This document shows positions 62,926-64,000 of a stretch of 64,000 nucleotides of DNA, piece after piece. Numbering within the stretch: position 1 is the stretch's first letter; each line of letters opens with the position of its first letter. Made by a program: the position numbers and the translations under genes. The notes under the pieces are model-generated. The model searched no databases. It was not told the origin of the DNA and was given only the letters and a program-made list of their open reading frames with translations. Origin of the DNA: Tubiluchus corallicola (taxonomy: Eukaryota > Animalia > Priapulida); assembly GCA_030141605.1 (NCBI GenBank), contig JAQGDQ010000088.1, forward strand, positions 434,001 to 498,000, read 5' to 3'.

Positions 62926-63772
62926 TTTTATAAGATGTTACGTATTAAATACAGGATATTAATGATAAAAACTCATTAATTTTGCGGATGAAAATAAAAT
63001 AATACTAAAACACTTCGAAAGTAGTAAAATACTAAAAGTTGCAATCACCACAGCTGAGCAAACTTTAATCGAATTTTATTCTGGGCTGACGGATCCTCTG
63101 GCTTTGTCAATGCGTGGCACCATCTAGTAACAGAAATCTAAAATTTATTTTTTGTAGGTTTTCCGGTTACAATCTATACATCTATGACATCAATGCAAGA
63201 AAGTTTTGGCAACAACTCCAGTTCCTAGGGAAAAAGAAATCAGCACTTTGGCAGCAGACTCTTACCAAATTATTTTAAGCTCTCATTATGTTATTTTTTA
63301 TAATCTTTTATTTAAAAAGCTGGTACAGATACCTACTGTGGAATTTTGTATTGTCTTGTGTTGCACGCATGCGCAGGAGAGATTAAAATGGTTCAGTTCA
63401 GTAAAAGCCGTGTTTTAGTTTTTATCCGCTCTCTTGGGATTCAAACACGTCTTCACTATTCACACCTACTACTTTTAGGTCATTTTTTTTCATTGCTAAA
63501 TTATACAATTTTATGTAACTGTGATTTTAGTATCAGTATGCCATATCTTAACATTGTGTATGAAAAAATCTTTACACACAATCTGTTATGATTTTTTCGG
63601 TTTATGTAGTATTTAACGTGTATTGCTTTGCCAATGTACACTGTATGTATTTGTGCAAATAAAACTGCATTTAATTGAATTGAAACTACGTTCAAATTAT
63701 TATTTGCGACGACTATGATAGTGGGGGAGAGAATGATAATCTGCAGAAAATCAAATCAGTACACTGCAGTAG

Positions 63773-64000
63773 TAGGACTGAGCACCGAACGTTTGAGTTC
63801 AGACGAATAGTTTTATACTATTCGAATAAAATCATAGGTTCGAATAATTCAGCACTCCAACCACATAATATACGTTCTTTATCATTAAAATATTTGAAAC
63901 ATCATACAATCAGCACAGTTTACCTGCGATTTCTGTGCACAACTTTATAAGCAAATTATTGGTGCTTTTGCTCCAGGGCAAAATTAAGCAATATGCATGA
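63773..64000. mobile_element. Second, inverted copy of the TTCGAA-rich hAT MITE family, truncated by the window end
   Basis: Starts TAGGACTGAGCA. TTCGAATAATTCAGCACT..GTTCTTTATCATTAAAA..TTTGAAACA matches the reverse complement of about 47700-47810. Confidence 0.8.

Overview
AT-rich invertebrate animal genomic DNA with GT-AG spliceosomal introns; no prokaryotic features. Four protein-coding genes were assembled by hand from splice sites and reading-frame phase. (1) A + strand SLC7/LAT-type amino-acid transporter light chain (CDS 6064-31261, 9 coding exons per mRNA, 502 aa). (2) A - strand SRRM2/Cwc21-like splicing factor with an intronless CDS (35535-37217). (3) A + strand SNX20/21-like sorting nexin (49493-51817, 3 exons, 333 aa). 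(4) A - strand MARVEL-domain membrane protein (57771-62925, 4 exons, 240 aa). Introns and intergenic DNA carry hAT and Tc1/pogo-type non-autonomous elements with visible TIRs and TSDs, decayed LINEs, SINE-like fragments and a compound microsatellite. The main finding is a tandemly duplicated, apparently mutually exclusive 151-nt exon pair in the SLC7 gene (15331-15481 and 15535-15685), separated by only 53 nt. Both copies encode TM6 and look to be under purifying selection. Their conserved core differs at a single substrate-pocket residue (FAYGGW vs FAYAGW, equivalent to LAT1 Gly255). A cluster of QKI/STAR and RBFOX motifs lies just downstream. Together this suggests a splicing switch of transporter specificity. 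All calls come from reading the sequence only; no alignments or expression data were available.
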